In this document: positions 12,320-25,312 of the stretch, piece by piece
Layout: the number at the start of each line of letters is the position of its first letter
Position numbering within the stretch: position 1 is the stretch's first letter
Made by a program: the position numbers and the translations under genes
The notes under the pieces: generated by a model
Told to the model about the DNA's origin: nothing
Databases searched by the model: none
What the model saw: the letters and a program-made list of their open reading frames with translations, nothing else
Assembly (NCBI RefSeq): GCF_006345805.1
Contig: NC_043003.1
Location: 62,806,001 to 62,870,000 of the forward strand
Length of the DNA: 64,000 nt
Source: Octopus sinensis
Lineage: Eukaryota
Direction: 5' to 3'

Positions 12320-12689
12320 TCAATTTAATATACTCATCTGGTTTTTAAATACTATCTTCTTTTTATATCACATAATGTATTATGTATATCACATAATGTC
12401 TGTGTGTACGTGTATGCGTGAAATGAAATATGTAATTTTTCACTTACTTTTGAGAAGAACTTCTAAACCATATCATATACTTTATTACGTAAAATTATAG
12501 CAAGAATAAAACATCCCCTGACACTCACTCTTGCTATTTGCATTTATCATTGAACGATATTCTACTTTAACTTTACCTCATTTGTGTGACACAAACAAAC
12601 ATACAAGCAAATCATTATTTGGTGGATTCTACTTCATTCTACGTCAGCATTTAAGTCTAACCTCATTATTATTGTCAACTCTTGAACAT

Positions 12690-13095
12690 CATCATTGTAT
12701 AACGTCTGCTTTCCTTGCTGGCATGGGTTAGATGGTTTGACTGAAAACTGGTAAGCCGGGGGTGGCTGCACCAGCTTTTAATTTGATTTGGCATGGGTTT
12801 TTTTAAAGCTGAATGCCTTTCCTAATGCAAACCACTTCAAGAGAGTAGAGGGTGTTTTTTTATGTGCCATTGGCATGGGTGCCTGTTACAAAACACCAGC
12901 ATTGGCAACAATTATGATCTCACATGGCTTGACAGGGCTTCTCAAAGCATGGTATACTGCCAAAGGTCACTGTGAGGCCCAAAGTTTGAAGGATGCCTTT
13001 TACATGCCATCAGCATGGGTGCCAGTTATACAATACTGACACCGGTCATGATTTCACTTGGCTCAGTGGATTTTCTCAAACATGGCAAATTGTTT
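12690..13095 (-). mobile_element. RTE-family 3' UTR fragment
   Basis: Terminal motif plus ORF-end sequence, as in the longer copies. Confidence 0.7.
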
Positions 13096-13644
13096 CAAGT
13101 CCTTGGATTCAAAGGGCTGCTTAGCTGGTTTCTATTGCACATAAGTGACTGTGATCACAATAGCTCCACTTGGATGGGATGCCAGTCCTTTCAGTGCAAC
13201 TCGTTTACTGTTAAGAGAACCGAAGCAATATGAAATGAAGTGTTTTGCTCAACAACACAATGCACTGCCTCGTCCAGAAATTGAAATCACGATCTTACAA
13301 TTTTGAATGCAACACCCTAACCACTGGCCCACTTGTCTTCACTAAGTCTCACATAATGAATGATAAAAATGAGTCCTTGTGGTGTGGTGACTTTTGTACC
13401 ACAATGACCCTAAGTATACAAGGGCTTCCCATGCTGGATAGATCAAAGGAGAGATTCCAGACCACCTCTCCCCAGAGGTAAAAATTGGTTTGCATAGGGG
13501 CAACAGTCCTGCCTGAAGGGGAAAGCAAAGTTATAGAAGCATCAATGACAATTGAAAATCACTGAGGCATGAGAGAGGAAAGCCCTAAGATAGCCTGGAG
13601 TTGAGAATATTGGAGAAGAGTCTTTGATGGCCTAGACACCATGG

Positions 13645-13890
13645 GTGGAAGCATGTGGCTTAGTGGTTAGGGTGTTGGACTCATTATCGTATGATTGTGG
13701 TTTTGATTCCTGGATCAGGTGATGCATTGCGTTCTTGAGCAAAACACTTCATTTCGCATTGCTCCAGTCCACTCAGCTGGCAAAAATGAGTACTCCTATG
13801 ATGGACTGTCGTCCCATCCAGGTGGGGAACTTATATGCCATGAAACAAGGAAACCAGCCCTTATGAGTCAGTATGACTTGAGAAGGCACC
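13645..13890 (+). mobile_element. tRNA-derived SINE with a distinct body (possible Meta/Deu-type central domain)
   Basis: A box TGGCTTAGTGG and B box GGTTTTGATTCC. The body contains GATGGACTGTCGTCCCATCCAGG. The superfamily name is from recollection only. Confidence 0.6.
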
Positions 13891-14199
13891 CCCTTTTTTT
13901 GTACTCCATGAGGAGCATAAGGTTTGAGTGAGTATATCATAAAATAGATCACCATTTTATTTGGCTCTATAAAGTGTTTAAATAATAGTAAATATTTACA
14001 TGCAATCTTGATGTAAGTATCGTTAACTGTGATGAATGGCCAACAATTAGATATATTCAGTGAAAAGAATTAGTCAACAGGACACATTAGTATTGTCACT
14101 TTGTTTTTTTTTTTTTTTTTTTTTTTAAGATATTGCTCTAGACTTAAGCACTGAGAAGCACTATCTGAATAGGAAACTGAAAGATAAACCACTATACAC

Positions 14200-14700
14200 A
14201 GCCATGAGAGAAGTAAATAGTCAGCCTTATAATCATGAAAATTTATTCAAATCTAAAATTATACATTCAAATTATTGTTATAGTGTGAATATTTAATATT
14301 TAGTAGACATGCACTTTGCATTTTTCAATGCAAGGATCCTATAAGGCATACTACTGATCAGATGATGAATATTCTCTTGGGAAATTTCAAGCCTAGTTTC
14401 ATGCAGTAATTTTGAAAGATCTGGCTTTGAAGATGCTTTCTTGTTCTTTTCATGAAGTGTCCTGTCCATTATGTCCCAGGGGTATTCAATAGGGTTCATA
14501 TCTGGTGACTGGCTTTTTCATCCAACAAATCTCAGGTCATTTTAGCTGTGTGACAAAGAGCCCCATCTTCCATAAATAATCTCCTTTAATCATTTCACCA
14601 CTGGAGAAGATAGGAAGAATTCCTTTCTGCAATATGGACATATTTTTATCTGAGTTTGTTTCCCTCGCATTCCACCAGCTCTGATGCTCTCCAAGTCATC
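14200..14700 (-). mobile_element. Tc1-like transposase C-terminal remnant
   Basis: Reads LFMEDGALCHTAK and SPDMNPIEYPWDIMDR..LISSMPYRILALKNAKCMSTKY*. A deletion prevents counting the D-E spacing. Confidence 0.7.
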
Positions 14701-14704
14701 ACAG

Positions 14705-15258
14705 TGAACCTTGCTTGCGAAGACCTATTGAGGCAAGTGTAAACAAATCATAATAGCTGACGTGGCCAATGACAGTACCGCCTGATTGGCACTCGTGCCA
14801 GTGGAATGTTAAAAGAAGCATATCCAAGTGGGATCGTTGCCAGGGTCACGGATTGGCTCCCCTGCCAGTGACATGTGAAAAGCACCAAGCCACGGATTGG
14901 CTCCCATGCCGGTGACACGTGAAAAGTGCCATTTGAGCATGATCGTTGCCACTGTCGCCTTACTGGCACATGCGCCGGTGGCATGTGAAAAACAACATTT
15001 GAGCGTGATCATTGCCAGTGCCACAGGACTGGCTCCCATGCAGGTAGCATGTAAAAACACCTTTTGAGCATGATCGTTGCTAAAACCGCTTGACTGGCCC
15101 CCCATACCAGCAGCACATAAAAAGCACCCACTACTCTCTCGAAGTAGTTGGCATTAGGAAGCTGTAGAAACTTTGCCAGATCAGATTGAGCCTGGTGCAG
15201 TCCTCAGTCAAACCGCCCAACCCATGCCAGCATGGAAAGTGGATGTTAAATGACGATG

Positions 15259-15262
<4 letters not shown>
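14705..15262 (+). mobile_element. RTE-family 3' UTR with tandem hairpin array
   Basis: About six units of TGCCRGTGRCA..T(G/A)AAAAGCACC, then the terminal motif and (GAT)n tail. Confidence 0.8.
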
Positions 15263-15308
<46 letters not shown>

Positions 15309-15479
15309 TTTACGACAGGTTTGTTTCTGTTTACCAAATCCACTCACAAGGCTTTGGTTAGTCTGAGGCTATAATAGAAGACACTTGCCTAAGGTGCTGT
15401 GCTGAAGGACTAAACCCAGAACTGTGTGTTTGAGAAGTAAGCTTCATACCACCAGAAATACATTTTAAATTGCATATAA

Positions 15480-15870
15480 AAGTTTTATTTATACAACTTT
15501 TTCTGGAATGCATCTTGGCTTTCTAACATTTCATATGACTACTATCTTTTGTGACTCACTATTCAGTCCAGTTTTCTAACTCATTAAAAATATTCCTCAA
15601 TTGCTTTTCAATGAATCCATGGGACAGCTTCTGTGATTCTGGCCCCACCCTAGCTCTTCTAAAGAATGTAGCTTTGATGAGTAGAAAGCCAGTTCAACAT
15701 CTGATCATAAAAATAGTCAGAGGGTCAGATCAGGCGAATAGAGCGACCCAGCAATTGGTCAAGCTCTACTGATCCATATTTTTGGACAGATGCTATTCAA
15801 AAACTGGCATACATCTGAAGTATAGTGACAGAGTATACCAAATTGCTGAAAGAAAGCATTGTCTGTAAAG
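15480..15870 (-). mobile_element. Decayed rosa/DD41D-like transposase fragment
   Basis: Mixed frames give FFQQFG..CHY..DVCQFLNSICPKIWISRA*PIAGSLYSPDLT. Confidence 0.45.
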
Positions 15871-15887
15871 CTTAAGCAGCTTAGTTT

Positions 15888-16127
15888 GGGCACAACCATG
15901 TCTGTGTGGTAAGAAGTTCGCTTCCCAACCACAAGGCTCTAGTTCAATCTAATTGTGTGACATCAAGGGCAAGTCTCTCCTATTATAAGCCCAAACCAAC
16001 CAAAGCTTTGTGAGTAGATTTGGAAGGTGGGAATTGAAAGAATCCCATCATATATGTGTGTGTGTGTGTGTATACATATATGTGTGTGTGTGTGTGTGTA
16101 TACATATATGTGTGTGTGTATGTATAC

Positions 16128-16159
<32 letters not shown>

Positions 16160-16494
16160 ATACATATATGTGTGTGTGTGTGTGTGTGTGTGTACATATA
16201 TGTGTGTGTGTGTGTGTGCATATATGTGTGTGTGTGTGTGTGCATATATGTGTGTGTGTGTGAAATCATTACTGTCTCCTTGCTTTGATATTTCATTATA
16301 GTTGTAAATGAATGTTCCTGTCATGCAAGCAATGTCCTTGGTTCTTAATCTTCCATGTCTGGTCATAAGGATATACTACCTTACTTGGAAATGGGTGAAG
16401 GTTTGTGACAGGAAAGGCATCCAACTGTAGAAAATCTGCCTCAACAAAATTCCATACGACCTATGAAAGCATGGAAAAGTGGATTAATATGATG
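15888..16494 (+). mobile_element. SINE family C2 (C head, expanded microsatellite, RTE-type tail)
   Basis: C head, then a (TG)n/CATATA minisatellite at 16050-16262, then GGAAAGGCATCCAACTGTAGAAAATCTGCC..GCATGGAAAAGTGG..ATG. Confidence 0.7.
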
Positions 16495-17712
16495 AGTTCA
16501 ATTGTGTGAAAATTCTGTAATGTTGTATGGAAACATTCAAAATTGACTATTATTTCTTCAAGAAGGAAGCAATAATACATGACTTCTCAAGGACACACAT
16601 CAAACATTGATTTTTGGGAATAGCTCTTTCTTGTTGCCAAACTTAAGATTTTCCTTTTCCTCAAAGGCATCAATTATGTCAATTCACTTTACCACTAAGG
16701 TGGAAAATTGTTTGATCTCTTACAACTGCACATTATTGCAGTGTGTTAAATTCTTTCTGGAATATTTACTCTCAAGTGGATATCAATCAATGTTGGTACA
16801 ATTGTATCTGTATCGGTTATATGATAGAAGATTTTTATTGCAAATTTTTCCGTTGACACCAGAAATTGTATTCCTGGTGTTACAAACACAGCTGTTGCTA
16901 ATTTTCAATCTTGTTAATGATTTAGTAATATCTTTGTCCAATTGGACAAATTAAAAATTTTTCTTTCTTTTTTTTTTATTAGATTCTACTGCTAAGAAGA
17001 ATGATTAAACCAAATGAATTTCATCTTATGTAGTTTTATGTTTGTGAAATGTTAGAAGTTGGTATGAATTATATTTCAGCATGGAAACCATCCTTTGAAG
17101 TCATTATTACAGCTGGGTAATTAATGCACAATTAACAATTTCTTCATCTGACCAAACATTAGAAATGCAACAAATTATGCTATTCACTAAATTCTTCAAG
17201 ACTACAAGAAAGTGGTTTTGACATATTACTATATTATACACTTTCCATGTGGCTTACTATAACAGCAGTATATACTGGCTTTTCATCATCATCCTCATCA
17301 TCATACATCCTGTTTCTATGCTGGTATGGGTTGCACAATTTGACAGGTCCCAGTGAGCTGAAGGGCCACATCAAGTTCCAATGTTGACTTTAGTATTGTT
17401 GTATGGTTTCTATGGCTTGATGCCCTTCTTAATGTTAACCATATTAGTGTGTATTGGGTGCTTTATTTTTCATGCCACAGACATTTGTACGGTCACCAAG
17501 TAATTTGGCCCATGGGCAGTCTTTGAACTTTTGTCTCCACAGTGTTTTTTAAGCAAACATTTACACATTATAATTTACAGTTTTATCTACTTCAAGTTTG
17601 ACCATGAAAAACATAAATTATTTCATGTTCTCTTGAAATTTCTAAATCCTTATGATGTAAACATTTACACACATGCATGCATGCACATGTGCATGCACAC
17701 ATATTTATATAT

Positions 17713-18080
17713 TCCCAACCATGTGGTCTTGGGTTCAGTCACATTGAGTGACACCTTGGATAAATGTTTCCTATAGCCCCAGCCCAATTAAAACTTCATG
17801 AGTAGATCTGGTAGACAGAAACTGAAAGAAGCCTGCCACATATGCATATGTGTGTGCATGCGTGCATGTGTGTGTGTGTGTGTGTGCATGTGCCTTTGCC
17901 TAGATGTACAAGTAGAGTTGTTTGTTTCCAGTCTTTGGTGAAGAACATGTATAGCTTTGGGAAAATATCACCATGCTTTGGAACAGGCAAGGGTTGGTGA
18001 CAAGATGGGCCTCTGACCATAGAAAATCTGCCTCAACAAATTTTATCTGACTTATGCAAGCATGAAAAATGATGATGATG
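17713..18080 (+). mobile_element. SINE family C2
   Basis: Same head-microsatellite-RTE-tail order as 15888-16494 and 38583-39010. Confidence 0.65.
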
Positions 18081-18182
18081 ACAATGGTACATAAACTATA
18101 TACAAAGCCACTCACAAGCATGAACACTCACATGAACGTACACATATTTATGAAAAAGCATTTATTTATACAGATGCTTTTA

Positions 18183-18224
<42 letters not shown>

Positions 18225-19724
18225 AAAAATACAAAAAAAACCGATTCTGACCACAAAGCAGAGTTAAATATTTATTTATTTAGCTGACACTGACTTTGAA
18301 TTTTCGCCAAGTTTAGCTTCGCAAACTTTGGTGAAAGGATATATATTTGTCACATTTAAACATATTAGAAGTATAAAAGGTGGGAAAAATACTTATAATG
18401 GGTGGAGTATTGATATAAGTAATCATGAAAAACCAATAGCAACGGCCAAATGGAGAGTTTTCAATATGTTGTTAATAAGAAAATAAATAACCATATATTG
18501 AATAACATGATTCCGACTTTGGTGGTTTCTATTGGTTTTTTCATCATTATTTGTTGTTTTTGTCAATACTTCGACCATTACAATTACTTTTCCCAACTTT
18601 GGTACCTCTAACTTGTTTATATACGACAAATATCTAAGCTTCCACCTGAAAAAGCAGACTTGGCAAAAGTTCAGAATTACTGTCACCTTTCAAATTTCCC
18701 CTGTGTACAGTTAGCAGTACACCTACTACTGGCCTGGTATATCAATACATATATACTTACACACATACACACACACACAAATATGTTGGTACATCTCATC
18801 ATCATTTAATGTCTGATTTTACATGCTGGTTTAGGTTTGGGTTTAATGTGTGTGTAATTACCTGTTTTATAAGTTTGTGTTCTTATGTCTAGTAAGCATA
18901 TAGTAAAGGAAGGACTCAATACCGATTATAGAGTCAAACAACGTTTTGAAGTTTTGTTAATACTGACTTTATACTGACTTCTCAGCACAATGTTTGCTAA
19001 GAAAAAATATTTATTTCAGAAAATAATTTTGAGACACTTTCAGTGAAAATTCCAAGTAGATTATCACTATAAATGTGTGTGTGCGTGCGTGTGTGTGTGT
19101 GTGTGTGTGCATGTGTGCGTGCATTATCTGTGTATGTATGTATGTGTCTTTTTTTTATTACAAATCTTCCACTGAGGAGAGAGCTGGTTTCCAATAAAGA
19201 TACAAGGCTCCAGCTTTGAGATGTAGTTAACAAATTCACATATGTATGTATGTATGCATCCCTCAGCTTTTGTTACAGCATGTCTTTAAATGAAGACCAC
19301 TCTGATATAAAACCAGATATGCAGGGAACGGTATTGAGCATTTTAGAGATCTTTTGCTTGCACTTAGGATCATGGTGCTCCCACTTTCCTCAGTTTCATT
19401 TGACACTCAGTGTTTTTTGTCAATTTACTCTCGTATATATAATGACTTAAACAAAATCACAAAAGAAAAAAAAATTTAGTATTCATCATCATCATCGTTT
19501 AATGTCTGCCTTCCATGCTGGCTTGGGTTGAACAGTTTCACAAGGGCTGGCCAGGCAGAAGCTTGCACCAGACTTCTGTGACTGTTTTGGCAGGATTTTT
19601 ACAGCTGGATGCCCTTCCTAACATCAATCAGAGTGGACGTTTTTTGTGGCACAAGAACAGGCAAGATGAGGTGTGCTTTTTATGTGGTACAAACACTGTA
19701 ATTAATTTTTATTGTTCAATTAAT

Positions 19725-20272
19725 TATGTGATGAGATCAAGAGAATAGTGCTGGCAAGATCTACATTCTCAAAATTGTATGACATCTTGAGAAACCATAC
19801 TTTGAGTATCAAGACCAGGACCTGTATATTAAACTTCTGTGCATCCTCTGCATTGATGTATATGGAAGTGAAATATGGTCTATAACATCAAAAATGAAAA
19901 GGCTTTTGGAGAGCTGTGAAATGTAGATCTTAAGGAGAACAGTGAGGATAGCATGGAGAGACAGTATCTAATGAAGAAGTGATGGCCCAGGCTGTGATAA
20001 ATAGGACATAAGGGCCAAGTGACTGAGATTTCTTGGTCATGTGATGAGAAAAGAGGGCCTGGAGAATTTAGTGATGACTGGAAAGACTGAAGAGAAAAGA
20101 GGCAGAGGAAGGAAATGGATGATGTGGATGTCAAGCTTGATTAAATATTTGGAAAAAAGAGACAATAAGCATCAGGAAGTGGAACTGTAACAGAAAACAA
20201 AGAACAGAGAACTGTGGCTGGATATGATCACGTATGTCTTATATTCTGGACATGGCACCTGAAGAAGATATA
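19725..20272 (+). mobile_element. RTE (BovB-like) LINE 3' end, second RTE family
   Basis: Reads YGSEIWSITSKMKRLLESCEM*ILRR and FLGHVMRKEGLENLVMTGKTEEKRGRGR. Ends TGAAGAAGA. Confidence 0.75.
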
Positions 20273-20284
20273 GTCAATTAAATA

Positions 20285-20560
20285 ATATCATCATCATCAT
20301 CATCATCATTTAACGTCTGTTTTCCGCACTAGCACGGGTTGGACGGTTCGACCGGGGTCTGGGAAGCCAGGGCTGCACCAGGCTCCAGTTTGATCTGGCA
20401 GTGTTTCTACAGCTGGATGCCCTTCCTAACACCAACCGCTCCACGAGTGTAGTGGGTGCTATTTACATGCCACCTGCACAGGTGCCAGGGGGGTCTGGCA
20501 TCGGCCATGATCGGTTGGTGCTTTTAATGTGCCACCGGCACGGACGTGCAAGGCATTGGT
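20285..20560 (-). mobile_element. RTE-family 3' end
   Basis: (ATC)n tail, terminal motif and two array units. Confidence 0.8.
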
Positions 20561-20856
20561 TTAGGTGAGAATTAAAATGCATACAAATCAAATATAGACA
20601 AATAGCCACATCGGTACAGAAGTACTGACATAAGAATATTCAGATTATGTATGCAATTAAATGAACCCAACCGAGTATATTATCAGCCTTTGGGCTAATT
20701 TAGAAATGCACTGTGCTGTGGATTTTAAATGTCCTTAATTGTAAAATTTGTGTATTCATCAGAAGAAAATGGCTTTTTATAATGATATAATGTACTCATT
20801 TATCAATTATAATCTTCGTTAGAAATGGCTGTAATGAATTGCCACCTGTCAATCAT

Positions 20857-20923
<67 letters not shown>

Positions 20924-20949
20924 CTGCAAAGTATAGTATTAAATATCCA

Positions 20950-21740
20950 TCACAGCTGATCTTACCAGTTGGTTGCGTGCTAAGAATACAATGGAGTGTT
21001 AGATAACAATCCGATTATATAACTTTACGCTCATCAGAGTTAGCTGACATGGTAGGGAATATGGTGACTGCTCTCTATTGTCGGAGGTGGATTAACACAA
21101 CTGGTCAGTAGCTGCTGGGAAAAAGGGGCCAGGGGATTAGGTCAGAAGTTTTGTCCTTTGGTTGGGTATGCTGCTAAGCTGGCAAGAGTTATCTTGAAGT
21201 GGAGAATATGTGTATTAAACTGGTGCTCCTTTGGGGATGGGGTGTGTGATATGTGTAGTGGTGTCATATGCATAATTTTATCCAAGTGTGTAGGTATACA
21301 TAGGTGTGTTTGCTGGTCTGTTTTCTTTCTGCAAAGGATAAAATCGTGGAGTCTTTTTTGTTAGCATGTGGTGTTTAATGTGTGTGGAGATGCAATTTGT
21401 GTGCAGAGGTAGTGGGAGACAGTCTATTTTGTAGTGTATCCACCTTGTAGAGGTGTGCATGTGTGTACACGGGTGCATTGGTGTGTGCTTTGGTCAAACA
21501 CTTTTTGCTCATGCCTGAGGGCATTGGTAGAAGGTCATTGGCAGAGGGCTGAGGTAGGGACCTGTGGTTGCAGTCATGGTGGGGTGTGCAGGTGCAATAG
21601 GATGCACTTTTCATGCAAGCAAGGATTAAACATTTTACTCCTGCTATTCAGGACACGCCTTGAGATTAATAGACGCACCTTGAGATTATCCTTCAGCTGT
21701 GCACCTAGTGTTAGAAAGTTCCTAGAGCAGATGTATACTT
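20950..21740 (-). mobile_element. Highly decayed LINE-like ORF (possibly I/Jockey group)
   Basis: The minus strand is strongly A/C-rich with only fragmentary LINE-like peptides. The assignment is weak. Confidence 0.3.
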
Positions 21741-22127
21741 AAATTTATCAATACACACGAGGCTGATGTCAGTAGGCAATTGAAGAATAGTAAGTGATGG
21801 CGGTAACATATTTGAACAGAGTACATCAAAATATTGTAAAACCTAAAATATTTTTTGTGACTAAAATTTATATTTAAAAGGTCTGACATGAGAATTTGAC
21901 ATTAAAAATTTAGATCCAGAAAGTGTTTTTTGTTGTTTTTGTTTTTTCTTTTTGGTGTAAAATTAAAATGAATAATTTGTACTCTGCTTGAAGACATATT
22001 TTCATTGTATTTACAAAGTTTAGCCAAGAGCTCAAGGAAGTAAAAAAAACACATGTATATGTTGGTGTCTGAGTGTATTTGTGGGTACATTTATACACAT
22101 ATGCACACATTATTATTATTTAATATA

Positions 22128-22747
22128 TACAGGGTACAGTGAATAAATTGTTTTCTAAATTACACAAAAATGAAAATAATACTGACATCTCATTTTAACA
22201 GATATATTTACCAAAATTACATAAAAATGTCTTGAAATACTAAAGAGTAAATTTATTCGATGAAATCGCCATTGGCTCCAGATGACTTTGGAATCTTCTG
22301 CAACTCTTCTCGACGATCTCCTTGTTTAAGTTGGTGAATGCTGCCATAATCCTTGCTTTCAGTTCATCTTTGGTGTTACAAGGAGTTCTGTTGGTCTCTT
22401 ACTCAATTGTGTCCCACACATAATAATCAAGGGGGTTGAAGTCTGGGGAGTTAGGTGGCCAGATGTTAGGGGTGATGTGGTCACAGAAATTGTCTGAGAG
22501 CCATGATTGGGTTCTCCTGCTTGTGTGGCATGGTGCAGAGTCCTGTAACCAGATAAAGGGTCTTCCAGCAGCCACTCTCTTCACCTAGGGTAGCACTACC
22601 TCCTCCAAACACTTGATGTAGGTCTCCATGTTGAGTGTGAGACTGTGTAGGAAGATGAATGGAGGCATAACATCGCCATCTCTAGTGATCACTCCAAACA
22701 CCATCATATTGACTAGAGGTTTGATTTTTATCACTCTCTGTACATGC
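22128..22747 (-). mobile_element. maT (DD37D) transposon 3' half
   Basis: QDSAPCHTSRRTQSWLSDNFCDHITPNIWPPNSPDFNPLD has 37 residues between the catalytic Ds. The terminus is TA-CAGGG. Confidence 0.9.
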
Positions 22748-23270
22748 ACTAATACTTTCCTGATTATTCTGACAGTGCCAAGAAAGCAAACCTTTTGTAA
22801 CAGTACAACTGAGCACTCTATTCCAGTTTCTTTTATATTCCTCTTAAAGCCTTCTGATACTGTCCCCAAGGACCCAACAATAATTGACACCTTCTTAATT
22901 ATTCGTGGGTCAAAGGGGCACACATCATCAACTATATAGCACATGAGGTGCACCTTGTCCACCACCACACGGTCTAGTCTGTTATGCTCTAGCACCTGAT
23001 CTGTTTGGATTGGGAAATCCCAGAGGATTTTACAAGTCTCCAACTCCACCTCTCTCTACGGTTTGTTATTATACCACACCTTACCTCTCTCTAGCTTCAA
23101 CTTTTTGCACAGTTTTAAATGTAGAACTTTCGCTACCTTATGTTGCCACAACTTGTAGTGGTTTGGGGTAAGTCTAGGGCATTCATTCATGATATGGGCA
23201 ATGGTTTTGTCCACTCTGCTACAGATGCAGCACAGTGAAATACATTTTGGTTCCTAAGGTTGACCCTTCA
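22748..23270 (-). mobile_element. R4/Dong-like non-LTR element C-terminus (CCHC plus restriction-like endonuclease), copy B
   Basis: Reads LCCICSRVDKTIAHIMNEC, ILWDFPIQTDQVLEHNRLDRVVVDK and LLQKVCFLGTVRIIRKVL. Confidence 0.8.
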
Positions 23271-23274
23271 ATTT

Positions 23275-25140
23275 ATTATTATTGATAGAACTCTGGTTCA
23301 GTCTTATTTCTGGCAGGATTTATGTGGGTAGCTTGCTACTACCTGTATTAAGTATCCACTAGCTTTCAATAGTTTTTCAAGTGCTTAGAACCCTCCGGAT
23401 AACCTGTCCTGTTCCTTAGAGGCAAACTTCCTGTAGAAGCTCTGCAGGATATTTTATTCCAGTCTCCTTCAACCATTTCTTTATATCTTTGCTTACAGTT
23501 CTCAATGCATCAGTTATTATAAGCAAAACCATTACAGTTTTCAAATTCTAAATTCTTGCAATTCCAAATTTTAAGGGACTGTATTTTTTTTGTTTTTGTC
23601 TTTTTTCTTTACAATCCTGGAATCAAATGGGCATGATGGAAGCAACTTCACTTTTCTTTGTCCATTATTGTTATGTCTGGTCTTTTATTTTCTAGCTTCT
23701 TGTATATTTGAATAGATAAGTCCCACTGAATCCTACAATTTTCCAACTCCAGCACTCTTTTGATGCAATGTTCATACCAGGTCTCCGGCTTCAAATTCCC
23801 ATTTCTGGCAAAGCTTCCAATGTAAAACTTTTACAACTTGATCGTGCTTCCATTTTGTTTTTTTATATATTCTCTCTGTCCAACTTGGAACATTCTATCT
23901 TTTTCCAAATTCCACAGACTCAACATTTTTTCAACACATTCTCTCCATATATTTTCCCTCAAGTTGTTTGCTTTTATCACTTGATATCCTGGGCTGCTAC
24001 AATTAGGCTTTCTGTTTTTGTTTTTTTGTTGTTTTTTTTTTTATTGCCCCTTTTTTAACCAAGCCTAAGATTTTGTTCCACATACATCATTAGTGGCTCT
24101 CCAAACTTGACCATGCAGAGGTTTTTCTTTAATCTATCTTAAGTGCTTTCTTTGAATTTCATTCTTGTCCTTTTCTCCTATTCCTCACTTAATCATCTGT
24201 TCCTTATTCTCTGTCTTTGGTAGTTTCACTGTGCTGCTTTGTAAATATTCTAGTAGGCTTTTCCTTTCCATCTGTACACACTCTTCCGCAGCAATTAAGA
24301 CTCTTCCATCCTGGTCTCTCTTCAGGTACAATCGGTTGATATCAACTTTTGGAGGGTGGGCTCCATACATTGTCAACAGCTTTCTAGTTTTCCTGTTTAG
24401 TTTCTGTATGTCATATTTGGTCCAGTTTACAATTCCAACTCAGTATCTGATTAAGAATACTGCTCTTGCATTTATTGCTTCAATGCCATTTTTTGATCCC
24501 AAATTCCATACTTATGTCATTTGAGAATATGTGAACAGTATGTAAAAGACTTTCAAGCTGTTTCTCATTTTCCACATAAATCTTTATATCATCCATAAAA
24601 AGGAGATGATTTATCTGACCACTTCCTTTTCCCAAATCATAAGCTATTTTGACTTTCTGCAATATCAAACTGAGTGGTTTCATGGCCAATACAAATAGTA
24701 ATGGAGATAAGATATCACTTTGAAAGAAATATTTCACATCTGATCCTCACTTTTCCAATGTTTCGTATTTTCATTAACCGTTTTCTCCATATTTTCTGCC
24801 TCTCCAAACATGCTCATTGTTTTTTTTATCCAACTGTGTGGTACCATGTCATGCTTTTTTGTAATCATTCAGCCCCATCAATCTGCATCTACAATTTCTA
24901 ATTATCATTTTATCAACTAATAAGTGGTCTTTGTTGCCTGACTTCATTTCCTGCATCCTTTCTGACTTTTTGTAAACTTCAGTCTCACTGTATATAGATA
25001 GATTCTGAAATTCTTTTGTCTTGGCACAGCTTCAAGTTGTCTTTCCACCTGTGTTAGCCACTCTGCACTTTCTTTATATCTCACCAGCCTGTTCCTCAAT
25101 TCTTTCCAAAATATTATCATCATCACCTTCCTCCTCACCA
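23275..25140 (-). mobile_element. R4/Dong-like non-LTR element (RT plus RLE), copy A, decayed
   Basis: Reads QSDILSPLLFVLAM..INHLLFMDDIKIY, MYGAHPPKVDINRLYLKR and KKLENKRPDITIMDK. Has an (AAT)n tail and an (ATT)n tract at its 5' flank. Confidence 0.85.
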
Positions 25141-25280
25141 TCATTATTATTATTACTATTATTATTTTTATTATTATTTAAAACAGTTTGATTCAGCTGC
25201 ATGCCTTTAAAAAATACATAACTCCTATTAAATGCCTTTTTCTTTCGTTTGCCCTGTCATATACATCTCTCTCTCTCTCT

Positions 25281-25312
<32 letters not shown>

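Noticed and set aside
16607-16954. 115-aa ORF
   Set aside because: It starts at a non-ATG codon, is AT-rich with no motif, and is probably a decayed element.
17080-17116. 37-nt AG..GT micro-exon; similar sites at 43914 and 1134
   Set aside because: Too short to distinguish from chance, and the 1134 site has stops in all frames.
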